Origin: an uncultured delta proteobacterium
GTDB lineage: Bacteria; Desulfobacterota; Desulfobacteria; Desulfobacterales; JAFDCJ01
DNA: 64,000 bases
Reading direction: 5' to 3'
NCBI GenBank assembly: GCA_963769935.1
Contig: CAVYNY010000034.1
Location: 1-64,000 of the forward strand
Positions 1 to 12,321 of the stretch are shown piece by piece. A program made the position numbers and the translations under genes. Positions within the stretch are counted from its first letter, which is position 1. Each line of letters begins with the position of its first letter. Under the pieces are notes generated by a model. It did not search any database and was not told the origin of the DNA. It saw only the letters and a list, made by a program, of their open reading frames with translations.

Positions 1-169
1 GTTAAGCTCGTAAGCACTTAATTTCGTGAGCATCAAAAGCTAATAAGCATTCAGGGGACCCATCTGTCCGACAATCCAATCACCCAATCAACTATCAGCC
101 GGCCTTGCAGGCCCTGTCGCCAACCTTGAACCCTGCACCCTGTCTAATACATTTTATCCTTAGCCTTCA

Positions 170-352
170 ACCTCCGACTCTATGCCGTGCGCCTTGCGCC
201 GTAAGTCGTGCGTTCTCCTCTCTGATTCCTTTATCCTTTGTCCTATTACCTATCAACTATGAGCTGTGAGCTATGAGCTGGCGCGCCAGCGCCCCCCCGC
301 ACCTCGCAACGCGCAACTCGCATCCGCATCCGGCATCCGGCATCCGGCACGC
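170..352. repeat. Low-complexity 6-7 nt tandem repeats
   Basis: Runs such as CCTTTAT/CCTTTGT, ACTATGAGCTGTGAGCTATGAGCT, CGCAACGCGCAACTCGCATC and (GCATCCG)n upstream of the ABC operon. Confidence 0.6.
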
Positions 353-371
353 GGTTCAGCTCGACTCGCTG

Positions 372-400
372 TTGACATCGTTTGCAGCGCAGTGTTATGT
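372..400 (+). promoter_or_regulatory. Possible sigma70 promoter of the ABC operon
   Basis: TTGACA at 372-377 and a weak -10 (TTATGT) after a 17-nt spacer, about 105 nt upstream of the start codon. Confidence 0.35.
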
Positions 401-505
401 ACTTGGAGTTCCAATTCGTGGTCGATCTGGTAAGTTTTTTCCTAAAAAGTCATTACATCAAACGGAGTACATTGTTAACCGTTAAATCAAAAGGGGAGGT
501 GGCTT

Positions 506-2050
506 ATGAAATTGTGGAATCATCGATTGGGGGCATTGGGCTTGATCTTACTGATGGCCGTTGCTTTTCTATGTTCACCGGCCATGGCCGGAAAAAAGGA
601 CGACACGCTCTACATTGCGCTTGAAAAAGAGCTCGAGAATGTCGATCGCTATTTCAACACGGCCCGCGAGGGAATTATTTTCGCCCGGCACGTTTATGAC
701 AACCTGCTGTGGCGCGATCCTGAGACTTATGAGTATAAAGGGCTTCTGGCCAAGACATTCAAATGGGTCAATGACACCACACTTGAAATAGAGCTCAGGC
801 AGGGCGTCAAATTCCACAACGGCCAGGAAATGACCGCCGATGATGTGGTGTATACCCTCAACTGGGTGATCGATCCCAAAAACGGTGCACTGCAGCGCAA
901 CTACGTGGACTGGATGAAAAACGTCGAAAAGCTGGGGCCTTATAAGGTTCGCATCAACCTCGAAAAACCTTTTCCGGCGGCCTTCGAGTTTTTATCCGGG
1001 GCTAATCCCATCTACCCCAAAGACTATTACGCCAAAGTCGGCCCGAAAGGCTTTGGCCTGAAACCTATCGGCACCGGCCCCTACAAGTGCGTCGAGCTGG
1101 AGCCCGGCAAGCGCTACGTGCTGGTCAAAAATGAAGATTACTTCAAGGACAGTCCCAAGGGCCGGCCCACCATCGGCAAAATCGTCTGGCGCACCATCCC
1201 CGAAGTCAACACCAAAGTGGCCGAGCTGATGACCGGCGGACTGGACTGGATCTGGCTGGTTCCGCCGGATCAGGCTGCGAATCTGGCCAAGATGCCCAAT
1301 TTGACGGTAGTGGCGGCTGAAACCATGCGGGTTGGGTTCTTGTATATGGATGCCGCCAATCGCTCGGAAGAACTGCTTGGTGTCGACAATCCTTACAAGC
1401 ACCTTAAGGTCCGACAGGCAGTCAATCATGCCATCGACCGTGAGGCCATCAGCAAAAACCTGGTGGGGGGTCAGTCACGGGTAATCAACTCGGCCTGTTT
1501 TCCGAGCCAGTTCGGCTGCACCCAGGATGTCGTGGCCTATGACTATAACCCGGAAAAGGCCAAGCAGCTGTTGGCCGAAGCCGGCTACCCCGACGGCTTT
1601 GAAACCACCCTGTACGGTTACCGCGACCGGCCCTATGCCGAGGCCATGGTCGGCTATCTGAGAGAGGTGGGCATCAAGGCCAAACTGGAGATGCTTCAAT
1701 ATTCGGCCCTGAGGGAAAGAAGCCGGGCCGGCAAGGTGCAGCTTAATTTTCAGACCTGGGGGTCGTATTCCATCAACGATGTTTCGGCCATCACCAGCTA
1801 CTGGTTCAAATTTTCACCGGATGACACGGCCCGTGATCCTCAGGTGCGCGACTGGCTCGAGCAAGGTGACACCACGGTTGATCCTGAAGCCCGCAAGGCT
1901 GTTTACAAGAAGGCCCTGCAACGCATTGCCGAGCAGGCTTACTGGGCGCCTCTGTTCACCTATGTTTCCAACAACTGCTTTAACAAAGATTTGGAGTTTA
2001 CTCCCTATCCCGACGCGGTACCGCGTTTTTACCGCGCCAGGTGGAAATAA
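506..2050 (+). CDS. Peptide/nickel ABC transporter substrate-binding protein (family 5, DppA/OppA-like)
   Basis: Signal peptide; motifs LRQGVKFHNG, PIGTGPY and VRQAVNHAIDR; GGAGG RBS. Confidence 0.93.
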   Translation: MKLWNHRLGALGLILLMAVAFLCSPAMAGKKDDTLYIALEKELENVDRYFNTAREGIIFARHVYDNLLWRDPETYEYKGLLAKTFKWVNDTTLEIELRQGVKFHNGQEMTADDVVYTLNWVIDPKNGALQRNYVDWMKNVEKLGPYKVRINLEKPFPAAFEFLSGANPIYPKDYYAKVGPKGFGLKPIGTGPYKCVELEPGKRYVLVKNEDYFKDSPKGRPTIGKIVWRTIPEVNTKVAELMTGGLDWIWLVPPDQAANLAKMPNLTVVAAETMRVGFLYMDAANRSEELLGVDNPYKHLKVRQAVNHAIDREAISKNLVGGQSRVINSACFPSQFGCTQDVVAYDYNPEKAKQLLAEAGYPDGFETTLYGYRDRPYAEAMVGYLREVGIKAKLEMLQYSALRERSRAGKVQLNFQTWGSYSINDVSAITSYWFKFSPDDTARDPQVRDWLEQGDTTVDPEARKAVYKKALQRIAEQAYWAPLFTYVSNNCFNKDLEFTPYPDAVPRFYRARWK

Positions 2051-2138
2051 AATCAGGCCCGGTAAATGTGAACTTATTTGTTCATTATCCCGTGCTGTCG
2101 ATAACCGTCGTTTAACGGAGTGATAGTCTGCCCAATTG

Positions 2139-2200
2139 ATTGGAGTGTTGGACCGATGTATTTCCCAACACTCCAATACTCTATCACTCCAACATTCCAA
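2139..2200. repeat. Inverted 8-mer tandem repeat (TTGGAGTG / CACTCCAA family)
   Basis: TTGGAGTGTTGGA ... CCCAACACTCCAATACTCTATCACTCCAACATTCCAA; same family at 55785-55872 and 56913-56988. Confidence 0.7.
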
Positions 2201-2275
2201 ACTCACTGAAAATCGCAGAAATTTCTGTTCCTGTCCCGGCACTGATTACCGGGTCATGTAAGAATAGATACGACT

Positions 2276-3193
2276 ATGCTGTTTTACACTATCCGCAGAC
2301 TCGGCCTGGCGGCGCTGGTGGCTATTGCCGTCTCCATGGTCAGCTTTATGCTGATCCGCATGTCCGGCGATCCGGCCATTGCCCTGGCCGGTGAGTCGGC
2401 TTCGGCCGCCGAGATCGCATACATCCGCAAGCATTATGGGTTTGACCGGCCGCTTGTCATTCAGTACCTGGATTGGGGATCGCGTGTGCTGCAAGGCGAT
2501 TTCGGGGAGTCCCCCTATTTCAATCAACCGGTAACCACCGTGATCGGTGATCGCATCGGGGTGACCATGACGCTGGGGTTGTGCGCCTTGACTTTTGCCG
2601 TGTTTTTGTCCATCCCCATGGGCGTTCTGGCGGCCACCCGGCCCAATACCTGGATCGACCGGCTGGCGCTGTCGCTTTCGGTCATGGGGCAGGCCATGCC
2701 CTCTTTTTGGTTCGGACTGATCATGATTATTTTTTTCGGAGTATACCTGCGCTGGCTGCCCATATCGGGCAGCGACACCTGGGCCCACTTCGTTATGCCG
2801 ACGATTGCGCTGGGCTACTATGCCACGCCGGCCTTCATGCGTCTGACGCGCTCGGGCATGCTGGAAGTTTTGGCCTCGGATCACATCCGAACGGCCCGGG
2901 CCAAGGGCCTGCGCTGGCCCAAAGTCCTTTTTAAGCATGCCCTGCGCAATGCGGTTATTCCTGTGGTGGCGCTGGCCGCCGTCCAGCTGGGTTTCATGCT
3001 GGGAGGCTCGATCGTGATCGAGTCGGTCTTTGCGCTGCACGGCATCGGCTACCTGGCCTGGCAGTCGATCGGGCGATCCGACCTGCCGGTGGTTCAGGCC
3101 ATCGTTTTGCTATTGTCGATGATCTATGTTTTTTTGACTTTCTTGAGTGATCTGCTGAACGCTTTTTTGGATCCACGCCTACGGGTGAAGTAA
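2276..3193 (+). CDS. ABC transporter permease (DppB/OppB-like)
   Basis: GDFGES motif and EAA-like motif IRTARAKGL; several transmembrane segments. Confidence 0.93.
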   Translation: MLFYTIRRLGLAALVAIAVSMVSFMLIRMSGDPAIALAGESASAAEIAYIRKHYGFDRPLVIQYLDWGSRVLQGDFGESPYFNQPVTTVIGDRIGVTMTLGLCALTFAVFLSIPMGVLAATRPNTWIDRLALSLSVMGQAMPSFWFGLIMIIFFGVYLRWLPISGSDTWAHFVMPTIALGYYATPAFMRLTRSGMLEVLASDHIRTARAKGLRWPKVLFKHALRNAVIPVVALAAVQLGFMLGGSIVIESVFALHGIGYLAWQSIGRSDLPVVQAIVLLLSMIYVFLTFLSDLLNAFLDPRLRVK

Positions 3194-3196
3194 GTC

Positions 3197-4126
3197 ATGC
3201 CGCTGACGAAATCCGCTGATTCTGTGACAAAAACCGACGATCCCGGCCTGGGCCAGGAAGTTGTATTTCCTTCCCCCGGCCAGATCATGCGGCGCCGGAT
3301 GTTCCGGCATAAAGGTCTTCTGTTCGGAAGTTGTGTGCTTTTGCTGGTCTTCTTAATGGCGCTTTTGGCTCCTGCTCTGGCCCCCCACGACCCTTTCCAT
3401 CAGGATCTCGTCCAAAGAATGATTCCGCCCATCTGGGACGAACACGGCACCTGGGAGCATCCCCTGGGCACGGACAATCTGGGCCGGGACTACCTCAGCC
3501 GCGTGATTTACGGTTGTCGCGTCTCCCTGTTGATCGGGTTTGCCTGTGTTTTGATCGCAGCAGTGATCGGTGCCGGTCTGGGGCTGGCGGCAGGCTACTT
3601 CGGCGGTCGGGTGGATATGGTCGTCAGTTTCATTATCACGGTGCGCCTGGCCCTGCCGGCGGTCCTGGTGGCCGTGGCAGTCGTCGCGCTCATCGGCGGC
3701 TCGATGCAAATTGTCATCATTACCTTGGGGTGCCTCATCTGGGATCGTTTTGCGGTGGTTCTCCGGGCCACCACTCAGCAGATTCGCTCCATGGACTACA
3801 TCCCCGCCGCCCGAGCGGCCGGCTGCTCAACTTTTTGGATCATGAGCCGGGAAATTTTGCCCAATCTGCTCAACAATCTGGTGGTGGTGGCCACGCTGGA
3901 GGTGGGGCGGGCCATCCTGCTGGAAGCCGCGCTGTCCTTTCTGGGAATGGGCGTGCAGCCGCCGACCCCTTCCTGGGGCCTGATGATTTCCGAAGGCAAG
4001 GAGTTCATGCTTTTTAATCCGTATCTCATTACCATTCCGGGCGTGGCATTGTTTATTCTGGTTTTGAGTATGAACCTTTTAGGCGACGGGCTGCGGGACG
4101 TCACTGCGCCGGAGGGCAAAGCATGA
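3197..4126 (+). CDS. ABC transporter permease (DppC/OppC-like)
   Basis: HPLGTDNLGRD, EAALSFLG and PSWG motifs. Confidence 0.93.
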   Translation: MPLTKSADSVTKTDDPGLGQEVVFPSPGQIMRRRMFRHKGLLFGSCVLLLVFLMALLAPALAPHDPFHQDLVQRMIPPIWDEHGTWEHPLGTDNLGRDYLSRVIYGCRVSLLIGFACVLIAAVIGAGLGLAAGYFGGRVDMVVSFIITVRLALPAVLVAVAVVALIGGSMQIVIITLGCLIWDRFAVVLRATTQQIRSMDYIPAARAAGCSTFWIMSREILPNLLNNLVVVATLEVGRAILLEAALSFLGMGVQPPTPSWGLMISEGKEFMLFNPYLITIPGVALFILVLSMNLLGDGLRDVTAPEGKA

Positions 4127-5121
4127 GCGCGCTGCTGGAAGTCAAAAGCCTTTATGTCGATCTGCTGCTGCCGGCCGGCAGGCTGCACGCCGTGCGGGAT
4201 GTCAGCTTTGCAGTAGCAAAAGGCGAGACCCTAAGCCTGGTGGGCGAGTCGGGCTGCGGCAAGTCCATGACCGCTCTGGCCATCATGAACTTGCTGCCCG
4301 CGGGAGCCATTCGACGGGCCGAGACCCTGCTTTTCGAGGGTCGGGATTTAACGTCCTCCAGTGAAGGCGACATGCTCGGCATCCGCGGAGCGCGTATGGC
4401 CATGATCTTTCAGGATCCGATGACATCGCTGGATCCCTGCTATACCATCGGCAACCAGCTCGAAGAGGCACTGCTGGAACACCGCAAAGTCTCTAAAAAG
4501 GAGGCGCGCGAACGGGCCGTTTATTTGCTGGAAAAAGTCGGTATCACCGCTGCCGCCTCACGTCTCAAGCAATACCCGCACCAGCTTTCCGGCGGGCTGC
4601 GTCAGCGGGTAATGATCGCTATGGGGCTGATGTGCGGACCGAGTCTGATCATTGCCGATGAACCCACGACCGCTCTGGACGTCACCATCCAGGCGCAAAT
4701 CCTGGCGCTGCTGGCCTCGCTTCAGAGTGAATTCGAAATGGGACTCATTCTGATTACCCACGACCTGGGGGTGGTCTCAAGGGTTGCCGATTACCTGGCA
4801 GTAATGTACTGCGGACAGGTCGTGGAGACCGGCCACGCCAAGGATATTTTTCAAAACCCGACCCACCCCTACACCCGGGGTCTGATCGACTGTATTCCGG
4901 CGCCGGGCAAGACCCAACCCGGCCAGGAGCTGGGGTCGATTCCCGGCATGGTGCCGACACCCATCGGCGACCTGCGCGGATGCTCCTTTCGCAACCGTTG
5001 TGCGCTGGCCCGTGGGGCTTGCCGGCTGGATGACATCGAACTGGTTGAATTCGCCCCCGGACGCCGTTACCGCTGCGTGCTGAGCCTGGATGAACTGGCG
5101 GCTGAGTACGGGAGGATGTGA
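4123..5121 (+). CDS. ABC transporter ATP-binding protein (DppD/OppD-like)
   Basis: Walker [13 protein letters not shown] signature, DEPT, C-terminal Cys-rich oligopeptide domain. Confidence 0.94.
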   Translation: MSALLEVKSLYVDLLLPAGRLHAVRDVSFAVAKGETLSLVGESGCGKSMTALAIMNLLPAGAIRRAETLLFEGRDLTSSSEGDMLGIRGARMAMIFQDPMTSLDPCYTIGNQLEEALLEHRKVSKKEARERAVYLLEKVGITAAASRLKQYPHQLSGGLRQRVMIAMGLMCGPSLIIADEPTTALDVTIQAQILALLASLQSEFEMGLILITHDLGVVSRVADYLAVMYCGQVVETGHAKDIFQNPTHPYTRGLIDCIPAPGKTQPGQELGSIPGMVPTPIGDLRGCSFRNRCALARGACRLDDIELVEFAPGRRYRCVLSLDELAAEYGRM

Positions 5122-5122
5122 G

Positions 5123-6079
5123 ATGACGGAGCCGATTTTGCGCATTGAAGACGTCCGCAAGACCTACCTGGTCAGTGCCGGGGTTTTTAAGGGTCAGCAA
5201 GCGCTGAAAGCCGTAAACGGCGTCAGTTTGACAGTCCCGAAAGGTTCGGTTCTGGGCCTGGTGGGGGAATCCGGCTGCGGCAAAACCACGGTGGCCAAGT
5301 TGGTGTTGGGGCTGGAGAAGGCAACCAGCGGAAACATCTTCATTGCCGGCCAATCGTTGTCGTCGATCAGCCCCAAGGACATTGCCCGGCGGGTGCAGCC
5401 GGTTTTTCAGGATCCCTACTCTTCGCTGAACCCGCGCAAATCCATTGCCAAAATCATTTCGCTGCCGCTCAGGGCGTTGGGGTTGGCCGGTGCGCGGGCG
5501 CAGTGGGAGGCCAAGGTCGATGAAATTATGGAGATTGTGGGACTGCCGCCCCGTCTCAAGTACAACTATCCCAACCAGCTTTCCGGCGGCCAACGCCAGC
5601 GGGTGGCCGTGGCCCGGGCTTTGATCATGCGGCCGGAGGTGGTTCTTTGCGACGAACCCACCTCGGCCCTGGATGTTTCGGTTCAAGCTCAAATTTTGAA
5701 CCTGCTGCTAAAGCTCCGGCGGGAGCTGAACCTGACCTATGTGATTATCACCCACGATCTAGCGGTGGTTGAGCACATGGCTACCCGGGTGGCGGTGATG
5801 TACCTGGGCCGCATCGTCGAAGAGGCCGATACCCGGGCCATATTCGCGCATCCCCGGCATCCTTACACGCAAGCCCTGCTGGCTTCCGTCCTGACACCCG
5901 ATCCTGCCTTGGGGCTGCCGGAAACACATCTGGGCATCGCCTATCCCAATCCTATTGATCCGCCGCCGGGCTGCACCTTTCACCCGCGCTGCCCCAAGGC
6001 CGACGATCGATGTGCATCCGTTGTCCCTCAGCCCACAATCGAAAACGATCGACTGGTGGAGTGCCACTACCCTGACTAA
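5123..6079 (+). CDS. ABC transporter ATP-binding protein (DppF/OppF-like)
   Basis: [16 protein letters not shown] and GCTFHPRC motifs; start placed at MTEPIL after GGAGG. Confidence 0.93.
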   Translation: MTEPILRIEDVRKTYLVSAGVFKGQQALKAVNGVSLTVPKGSVLGLVGESGCGKTTVAKLVLGLEKATSGNIFIAGQSLSSISPKDIARRVQPVFQDPYSSLNPRKSIAKIISLPLRALGLAGARAQWEAKVDEIMEIVGLPPRLKYNYPNQLSGGQRQRVAVARALIMRPEVVLCDEPTSALDVSVQAQILNLLLKLRRELNLTYVIITHDLAVVEHMATRVAVMYLGRIVEEADTRAIFAHPRHPYTQALLASVLTPDPALGLPETHLGIAYPNPIDPPPGCTFHPRCPKADDRCASVVPQPTIENDRLVECHYPD

Positions 6080-6095
6080 AACTAAGGAGAATAAT

Positions 6096-7505
6096 ATGAG
6101 CCGAGAGCAAGCCATTGCCCGCGCCGCAAAACGATTTGACGATGGGGATTTTTTTAATCTGCTGGCCAAATGGGTACACTACCCGACGGAAAGTCAAAAT
6201 GAAGCCTGTAAAGAGGAACTTATAACCTACCTGACCGATGCCATAATCCCCTATCTGACAAGTATGGGCTTCACCTGCCGGCTGGCGGACAATCCGGTCA
6301 ACCCCAGACTGCCTTTTCTGATTGGTCAACGAATGGAGGCCGATAATTTGCCGACGGTATTGATATACGGGCACGGCGACACCGTGTTGGCCATGGACGG
6401 CCGCTGGCGCGAGGGGCTTGAGCCCTGGCGCATGAGCAAGGACGGCGATCGCTGGTACGGCCGCGGTGCGGCCGACAACAAGGGACAGCACGCCATTAAC
6501 CTGGCGGCCCTGGCCTGTGTGTTGGAGGAAAAGAAACAGCTGGGCTTCAATGTTAAAGTTCTGATCGAAATGGGTGAGGAGATGGGCTCGCCCGGTTTGC
6601 ACAAAATCTGCGCTATTGAAAAAGAGGCCCTGGCGGCCGATGTGCTCATCGCCTCGGACGGACCCCGCATCGACCCGCAGAAGCCGACGCTTTTCGGGGG
6701 CAGCCGGTCGGTCTTTAATTTCGACCTGCGTTTAAATCTCAGAGAAGGCGGCCACCACTCCGGCAACTGGGGCGGACTGCTGGCCAATCCGGGAATCATC
6801 CTGGCCCATGCCATTGCCTCCATGGTCGACGCCCGGGGCAAAATTCTGGTTGAGGGCTTGCGGCCCCAAGGTATGCCGGAGTCGGTGAAACGTGCCCTGG
6901 CCGAGCTCGAGGTGACCGGCCGGGAAGGGCCGGCGATCGACCCGGACTGGGGCGAACCCGGTCTTAGCCTGCCCGAGAAAGTCTATGGTTGGAACACATT
7001 GGAGGTGCTGGCCTTTGAATGCGGCAACCCGGCCGCCCCTGTGCATGCCATCCCGCCCGGGGCCTGGGCCCGTCTGCACCTGCGCTTTGTGGCCGGCTGC
7101 AACCCTGCCGACTTCATCCCGGCCGTCCGCCAACACCTGGATGAGCGCGGCTTCGGGATGGTTGAAATCAATCCACCCCGGGAGAGCTGGTATGCGGCTA
7201 CCCGCATGGACCCGGACAACCCCTGGGCCCGTTGGGCCATTTCATCGTTGCAGCGGACCTGCGGACAAAAGCCGGCCTTTTTACCCAATCTGGGCGGGAC
7301 CCTGCCCAATGATGCCTTCAGCCACGTTCTGGGCTTGCCCACCATCTGGGTACCCCACTCTTACGGCGGCTGCTCGCAGCACGCACCCAACGAGCATCTG
7401 CTGGCGCCCATCGTCCGGCAGGGGCTGTGTATAATGGCCGGGCTTTTCTGGGATTTGGCTGAAAACGCGCCCGAATCCTCCGGCCAGAAAAGGGGGGAAC
7501 GCTAA
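6096..7505 (+). CDS. M20 family metallopeptidase/amidohydrolase
   Basis: YGHGD, GRGAADNKG, GEEMGS and HAPNE motifs; start placed at MSREQ after AAGGAG. Confidence 0.9.
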   Translation: MSREQAIARAAKRFDDGDFFNLLAKWVHYPTESQNEACKEELITYLTDAIIPYLTSMGFTCRLADNPVNPRLPFLIGQRMEADNLPTVLIYGHGDTVLAMDGRWREGLEPWRMSKDGDRWYGRGAADNKGQHAINLAALACVLEEKKQLGFNVKVLIEMGEEMGSPGLHKICAIEKEALAADVLIASDGPRIDPQKPTLFGGSRSVFNFDLRLNLREGGHHSGNWGGLLANPGIILAHAIASMVDARGKILVEGLRPQGMPESVKRALAELEVTGREGPAIDPDWGEPGLSLPEKVYGWNTLEVLAFECGNPAAPVHAIPPGAWARLHLRFVAGCNPADFIPAVRQHLDERGFGMVEINPPRESWYAATRMDPDNPWARWAISSLQRTCGQKPAFLPNLGGTLPNDAFSHVLGLPTIWVPHSYGGCSQHAPNEHLLAPIVRQGLCIMAGLFWDLAENAPESSGQKRGER

Positions 7506-7534
7506 TTGGTAACTGAACAAAGTTTAAAGATGTT

Positions 7535-7672
7535 GTGGGAGCGGTTTTCCCTCCGGGGCGTAAGCCCTACCTTCCGGCCTGTAAGCCCTACGGGCTGGAA
7601 GCGGGGCTGGAGGCAACCGCGATTTGCTCGGCCGGGTCAAAATCTGTAATCGTGGTTAAAAACCACTCCCAC
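7535..7672. repeat. REP/REPIN-like palindromic element with nested insert
   Basis: GTGGGAGCGGTTTT ... AAAACCACTCCCAC arms; related copy at 41618-41722. Confidence 0.75.
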
Positions 7673-7736
7673 CAGGCACCAACCTCAGTCTAAAAATGAC
7701 GCCATGACTTCTGGAAGTTGAGAAAGCTGGTTTACC

Positions 7737-10622
7737 ATGAACCGGAAAAGTGTCGCCTCAAAATTCAATTGGCTGATCATTTTGTTTGCGGTTGTTTCGA
7801 TTACGATCTCCTCGGTAACGGTCACTCTTTTTTTACTTCACAGATATACTGAAGATGTGATCGAGAAGGACCAACTGCATATGAAAGGACTTGCCAGCAG
7901 CGTTAAGGGATTTATCGATCATGCCTTCAGTCTCAACTACATGCTCTCCATCAATCCCGAAATTGTCGAACACCTTTCGGCGGCTCCAAATGACTGGTCA
8001 CAGCGCGTTGCCGAGTACAACCGGCAATATGATACTTCCCTCCAACTCAAGGACCACAGCGGACTCTCACTGCTGGTGCATACGCAGAAGATCTATGATT
8101 TTGTAGAATTATTTTTTGTACAGGATGCAGCCGGTGATCAGACCAGCCGCAGCTTCGGCCCGTTGGGGCACCGGGGAGAGCGGTGGTGGTTTCGAAAAAT
8201 TACGGAAGACCAAAACTACCGGTCCTTCATGTCCAAATCGTATTACTCCATGACCGGCGATAAACCCGTCGCCTCGGCCTTTCATCCCGTCTATAAAGAC
8301 GACCGATTCATCGGCGTCATGGGTACGGACATCAATTTCGATAAGCTCCAGAGAATGGTGCAGAACTACCTGGACTCCAAAGACCTGTATGCCGTTGTCA
8401 TCGATACGGAAGGGGTTGTCATCGCACATCCGGATAAGAATAAATTGCGCGAGCTTTACAACCTGAATAGATTGACCAAAAATATTCTGGTGAGAGATCA
8501 GACCGGTGAATCCATTCAGGACAAATCCGGTCATCATCAAACCAAAGAAGTCAAATTGGATTGGGATACGAGCGTATCGCAGATTGTATCCGATGCACTG
8601 AGCGGCAACAGCGGCATGGCTGATCATGTCAGGCTGGAAGGCAAAAATTCCACGATATATTACGAGCCGATCCAACTGCCCGGTCATGATTCCAATTCCC
8701 ATTATTCACTTTTACTTATCAGGGACAATTCCTCCCTGATGAAAGCCAAACTTTCCATCAGCGCTTTTGTATTTATATTTACCGCCTTTGCCATTTTTAC
8801 TTTTATTTTCTTTTTCCGGCTCCAATTTCGCAAAATCATCCTTCAGCCCCTGGCAACACTGGTGGGTTCCATGCAGGATGCGGATATCGTCAAACACGAT
8901 GATGTCGTCTTGGGTACCAGTAATGAATTCCAGCTGCTGGGGGACACTTACAATAAGATGCGCAATAACCTGGCAAGAGCCAACGAAAAAATGTCCGAAA
9001 TCAATGAAAGGTTGGAATTGCTTGTCGAGGAACGCACAACAGAATTAAAAAACGTCAACCGGAAGCTTTTGGAAGACATTGCCGTGCGCGGGCAAATTGA
9101 AAAGGCCTTGCGTGAAAGTGAAGAACGGTATCGTTCCCTGGTGGAAAATACTCTGGACGGATATTTTATCTACCAGATGCCGTCCGGACGGTTTCTGTTT
9201 CTGAACCGAAGAATTTGCAGCCTATTCGGCTATACCATGGAAGAAGGACTGAAGCTTACCGTCTGGGATGTGATTGACAAGAAGGCACATGACTATGTCA
9301 AACAGCGCATGCAGGAGCGGCTGCAGGGCAAGTTTGTGATATTCGATCGTCAGGTCATGAAGGCGGTTCGGAAGGATGGTTTCACTTTTCGGGCCGAAGT
9401 GTCCACCTCCATGGTTACCTTTCGGGACCAGACCGCCATTCAGGGTGTGTTCAGGGACGTCACCGAGCAGGAAAATCTGCAGGAGCAGCTTCAAAAAGCC
9501 GAGCGAATGCAGGCTATCGGCCGGTTGGCCGGCGGCATCGCCCATGACTTCAACAACCTGCTGATGGGCATTCAGGGCCGAACATCCTTGATGTTGATGG
9601 ACCTTGATCCATCCCACCCGCACAGCGAGCAGCTCAGAGGCATTGAAGATCACGTGCAACGGGCCGTGGCGCTTACCAACCAGCTGCTGGGATTTGCACG
9701 GGGTGGAAAATACAAGGTGGCGCCGGTTGATTTAAACAAGTTAATCGAAGAAAATGTCGGTATGTTTGCCCGTACCAAGAAGGAGTTGTCCATCGACATC
9801 AAATACCAGGAAAATATCTGGTCGGCGGAGGTTGATAGAAACCAGATCGATCAAGTCTTGCTGAATCTATATGTAAACGCCTGGCAGGCCATGCCCGGCG
9901 GCGGTCTCCTCTTCATCCAGACCAGAAACAGCCGGCTTGATGATAAATTTGTCAAACCTTATGATGCAGCACCCGGCAGATATGTCGAGATATCGGTTAC
10001 GGACACCGGTGTCGGGATGGACAATGAAACCCGCAAACGAATTTTTGATCCCTTCTTTACCACCAAGGAAAGGGGCAGGGGAACCGGGTTGGGTTTGGCC
10101 TCCGCCTATGGCATCATTAAAAATCATGAAGGCATTATTACGGCCCAGAGCGAAAAGGGCAGGGGCACAACCTTTACCATTTACCTGCCGGCCTCGGACA
10201 AACCGGTCAGTGAAGTTAAAAGCGCATCGGAGAAGCCCGCTGCCGGGGTGGGGACCATTCTGCTGATTGATGACGAGGAATTGATTCTGGAAGTTGGAAA
10301 ATCAATGCTGGAAAAGCTGGGGTATCAGGTGCTTATTGCCGGCAGCGGAAGTGAAGCCCTTGAGATATACTGCCGGCAGCCGGATGAGATTGATCTGGTC
10401 ATCCTTGACCTGATCATGCCTGAAATGAATGGTAGTGAAACTTATGATCGGTTAAAGGCGATGGATCCCCGGATCAGGGTACTTTTTTCCAGCGGATACA
10501 GTATGGATGGGGTGGCAAATGACATTTTAAAAATCGATTCCGTTGGTTTTATTCAAAAGCCGTTTGATATTGAGAAGCTGTCCCGCAATGTCCGCCAGGT
10601 AATGAAGTGTCTGGAAAAATAG
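7737..10622 (+). CDS. Hybrid sensor histidine kinase (Cache-HAMP-PAS-HisKA-HATPase-REC)
   Basis: Two TM helices around a Cache-like domain, PAS, H-box IAHDFNN, GTGLGL, C-terminal receiver (ILDLIMP). Confidence 0.93.
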   Translation: MNRKSVASKFNWLIILFAVVSITISSVTVTLFLLHRYTEDVIEKDQLHMKGLASSVKGFIDHAFSLNYMLSINPEIVEHLSAAPNDWSQRVAEYNRQYDTSLQLKDHSGLSLLVHTQKIYDFVELFFVQDAAGDQTSRSFGPLGHRGERWWFRKITEDQNYRSFMSKSYYSMTGDKPVASAFHPVYKDDRFIGVMGTDINFDKLQRMVQNYLDSKDLYAVVIDTEGVVIAHPDKNKLRELYNLNRLTKNILVRDQTGESIQDKSGHHQTKEVKLDWDTSVSQIVSDALSGNSGMADHVRLEGKNSTIYYEPIQLPGHDSNSHYSLLLIRDNSSLMKAKLSISAFVFIFTAFAIFTFIFFFRLQFRKIILQPLATLVGSMQDADIVKHDDVVLGTSNEFQLLGDTYNKMRNNLARANEKMSEINERLELLVEERTTELKNVNRKLLEDIAVRGQIEKALRESEERYRSLVENTLDGYFIYQMPSGRFLFLNRRICSLFGYTMEEGLKLTVWDVIDKKAHDYVKQRMQERLQGKFVIFDRQVMKAVRKDGFTFRAEVSTSMVTFRDQTAIQGVFRDVTEQENLQEQLQKAERMQAIGRLAGGIAHDFNNLLMGIQGRTSLMLMDLDPSHPHSEQLRGIEDHVQRAVALTNQLLGFARGGKYKVAPVDLNKLIEENVGMFARTKKELSIDIKYQENIWSAEVDRNQIDQVLLNLYVNAWQAMPGGGLLFIQTRNSRLDDKFVKPYDAAPGRYVEISVTDTGVGMDNETRKRIFDPFFTTKERGRGTGLGLASAYGIIKNHEGIITAQSEKGRGTTFTIYLPASDKPVSEVKSASEKPAAGVGTILLIDDEELILEVGKSMLEKLGYQVLIAGSGSEALEIYCRQPDEIDLVILDLIMPEMNGSETYDRLKAMDPRIRVLFSSGYSMDGVANDILKIDSVGFIQKPFDIEKLSRNVRQVMKCLEK

Positions 10623-10692
10623 TATTCGCCGGGTATCCGGTTATTTCATTGGCTATCCGACAGCCAAAACAACCCCTCTATGATGAAGTCAA

Positions 10693-10710
10693 ACCCCGCC
10701 GTCGGCGGGG
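10693..10710. terminator. GC hairpin between convergent genes
   Basis: CCCCGCCGTCGGCGGGG. Confidence 0.4.
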
Positions 10711-10728
10711 CCTGTGGACCAGGATTCT

Positions 10729-12210
10729 TTACTGCTCATTACTGCAATGGACGGGCGGTATTTTGTCAGCCCATGGCCTTGCTTGTTCCAATTGAGCTGC
10801 CAACCTGAAAAGTGTGGCTTCATCGCCAAAGCGCCCTGCAAATTGAACACCTATCGGTATGTTATCCTCATTCCAGTATAAAGGAACCGACATGGCGGGT
10901 TGTCCGGTAATATTCTGGGTCCGGGTGAAGGCTACCATGGAAAGTGCTACCTGCAGCCACGCGCGCGGGTCGTCAGGAGTCGCTTTGAAGGCGCCGAGTT
11001 TTGGCGGTGGAATCCTCATGGTCGGAGACAGCAGTAGATCATAATGGCCTTCATGATACCAATGTGCTATTTTGCGAGAGAACCTTTGGATCTCTTCCAC
11101 CGCTGTCAGATAGTCCGCGCCGGTTCTTTTTAAACCCGCTTGATAGCTATCCCATGTAATCGTTTCCAGTTCATTTTGGCCGATTTCTTTTCCCAGCTCT
11201 CGTTCCCAATAGGCGACCATATGGCCGACAAAACATGAAAAGATAGTTCCGAAATTTTCCGGAATTTTTGGATGACTCAATTTAGCCGGAACAATCTCCT
11301 CAACGTCATGCCCCAAAGCTTCGCAGAGTCGGGCGGCATCCTGGACGGCCCTGACACAATCCGGGTGCAGCTCGGTATTTTCATTCCAGCCGGCAGGGAT
11401 GCTGCTCAAAAAACCGATTCCAAGCCGGCCCGCATCCCTGCCGACTTCCTCCCGGAAAGGACGTTCCGGTGGTGGAGCATAATAAGGGGCTCCAAGGTCG
11501 GGGCCTGACGTTTCATCCAACAACGTCGCCGAATCCCTGACAGTACGAGTCAACGCATGTTCGTGAACGATCCCGCCGCCGATATCACCAAATAGAGGCC
11601 CTAAGGGATTTCGGCCGCGGGTAGGCTTTAAACCGAATAATCCGCAGCATGAGGCCGGAATGCGGATGGATCCGCCGCCGTCATTGCCGTGGGCCATGGG
11701 CACGATGCCGGCTGCCACTGCTGCTGCAGAGCCTCCGCTGGAGCCGCCGGGCGTCAAGCTGGGGTCCCAGGGGTTAAAAGTCGGTCCATGCAGGGAGGGC
11801 TCGGTTGTGGTCAATATTCCAAACTCAGGTGTGTTCGTCTTTCCAACTATGATCAATCCACTGGCTTTGTGACGCTTTACTAACTCACTATCCAGTTTGG
11901 AGATATAGCCTTGAACTGCCGCCGACCCTTCGTTAAAAGGTGTCCCTTTGCATTCGGCGACAAGGTCCTTCAATAGAAATGGAGTGCCGCCAAACGCAGA
12001 ATCTTTTGTTTGCGTGCCTTTGGCTCCTGAACTTAAGTTGGTGACAGCCGTGCGGGCCTGGTCATACAGTTTATGTATAATCGCATTGAGTTTGGGATTT
12101 ATTTTTTCAATCCGTTGAATCGTAGTTTCAAGCAATTCAGCCGGTGTGATTTCGCCTTTGCGGATCAACGCGCTCAAACCAACGGCATCATACCCGACCA
12201 ATTCATCCAT
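10729..12210 (-). CDS. Amidase signature family protein
   Basis: [18 protein letters not shown] and GKTNTPEFG motifs; start placed at MDELV. Confidence 0.92.
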   Translation of the reverse strand: MDELVGYDAVGLSALIRKGEITPAELLETTIQRIEKINPKLNAIIHKLYDQARTAVTNLSSGAKGTQTKDSAFGGTPFLLKDLVAECKGTPFNEGSAAVQGYISKLDSELVKRHKASGLIIVGKTNTPEFGILTTTEPSLHGPTFNPWDPSLTPGGSSGGSAAAVAAGIVPMAHGNDGGGSIRIPASCCGLFGLKPTRGRNPLGPLFGDIGGGIVHEHALTRTVRDSATLLDETSGPDLGAPYYAPPPERPFREEVGRDAGRLGIGFLSSIPAGWNENTELHPDCVRAVQDAARLCEALGHDVEEIVPAKLSHPKIPENFGTIFSCFVGHMVAYWERELGKEIGQNELETITWDSYQAGLKRTGADYLTAVEEIQRFSRKIAHWYHEGHYDLLLSPTMRIPPPKLGAFKATPDDPRAWLQVALSMVAFTRTQNITGQPAMSVPLYWNEDNIPIGVQFAGRFGDEATLFRLAAQLEQARPWADKIPPVHCSNEQ

Positions 12211-12321
12211 TTTTTTAGTCTCCAATCTCCAAAATGATCTTCCCGAATTTACTGATGACAACACGCCTGTAAGTCATTTGAAACCCCCATTATTGGACAA
12301 TAGGATGCAGCAGGTAATAGG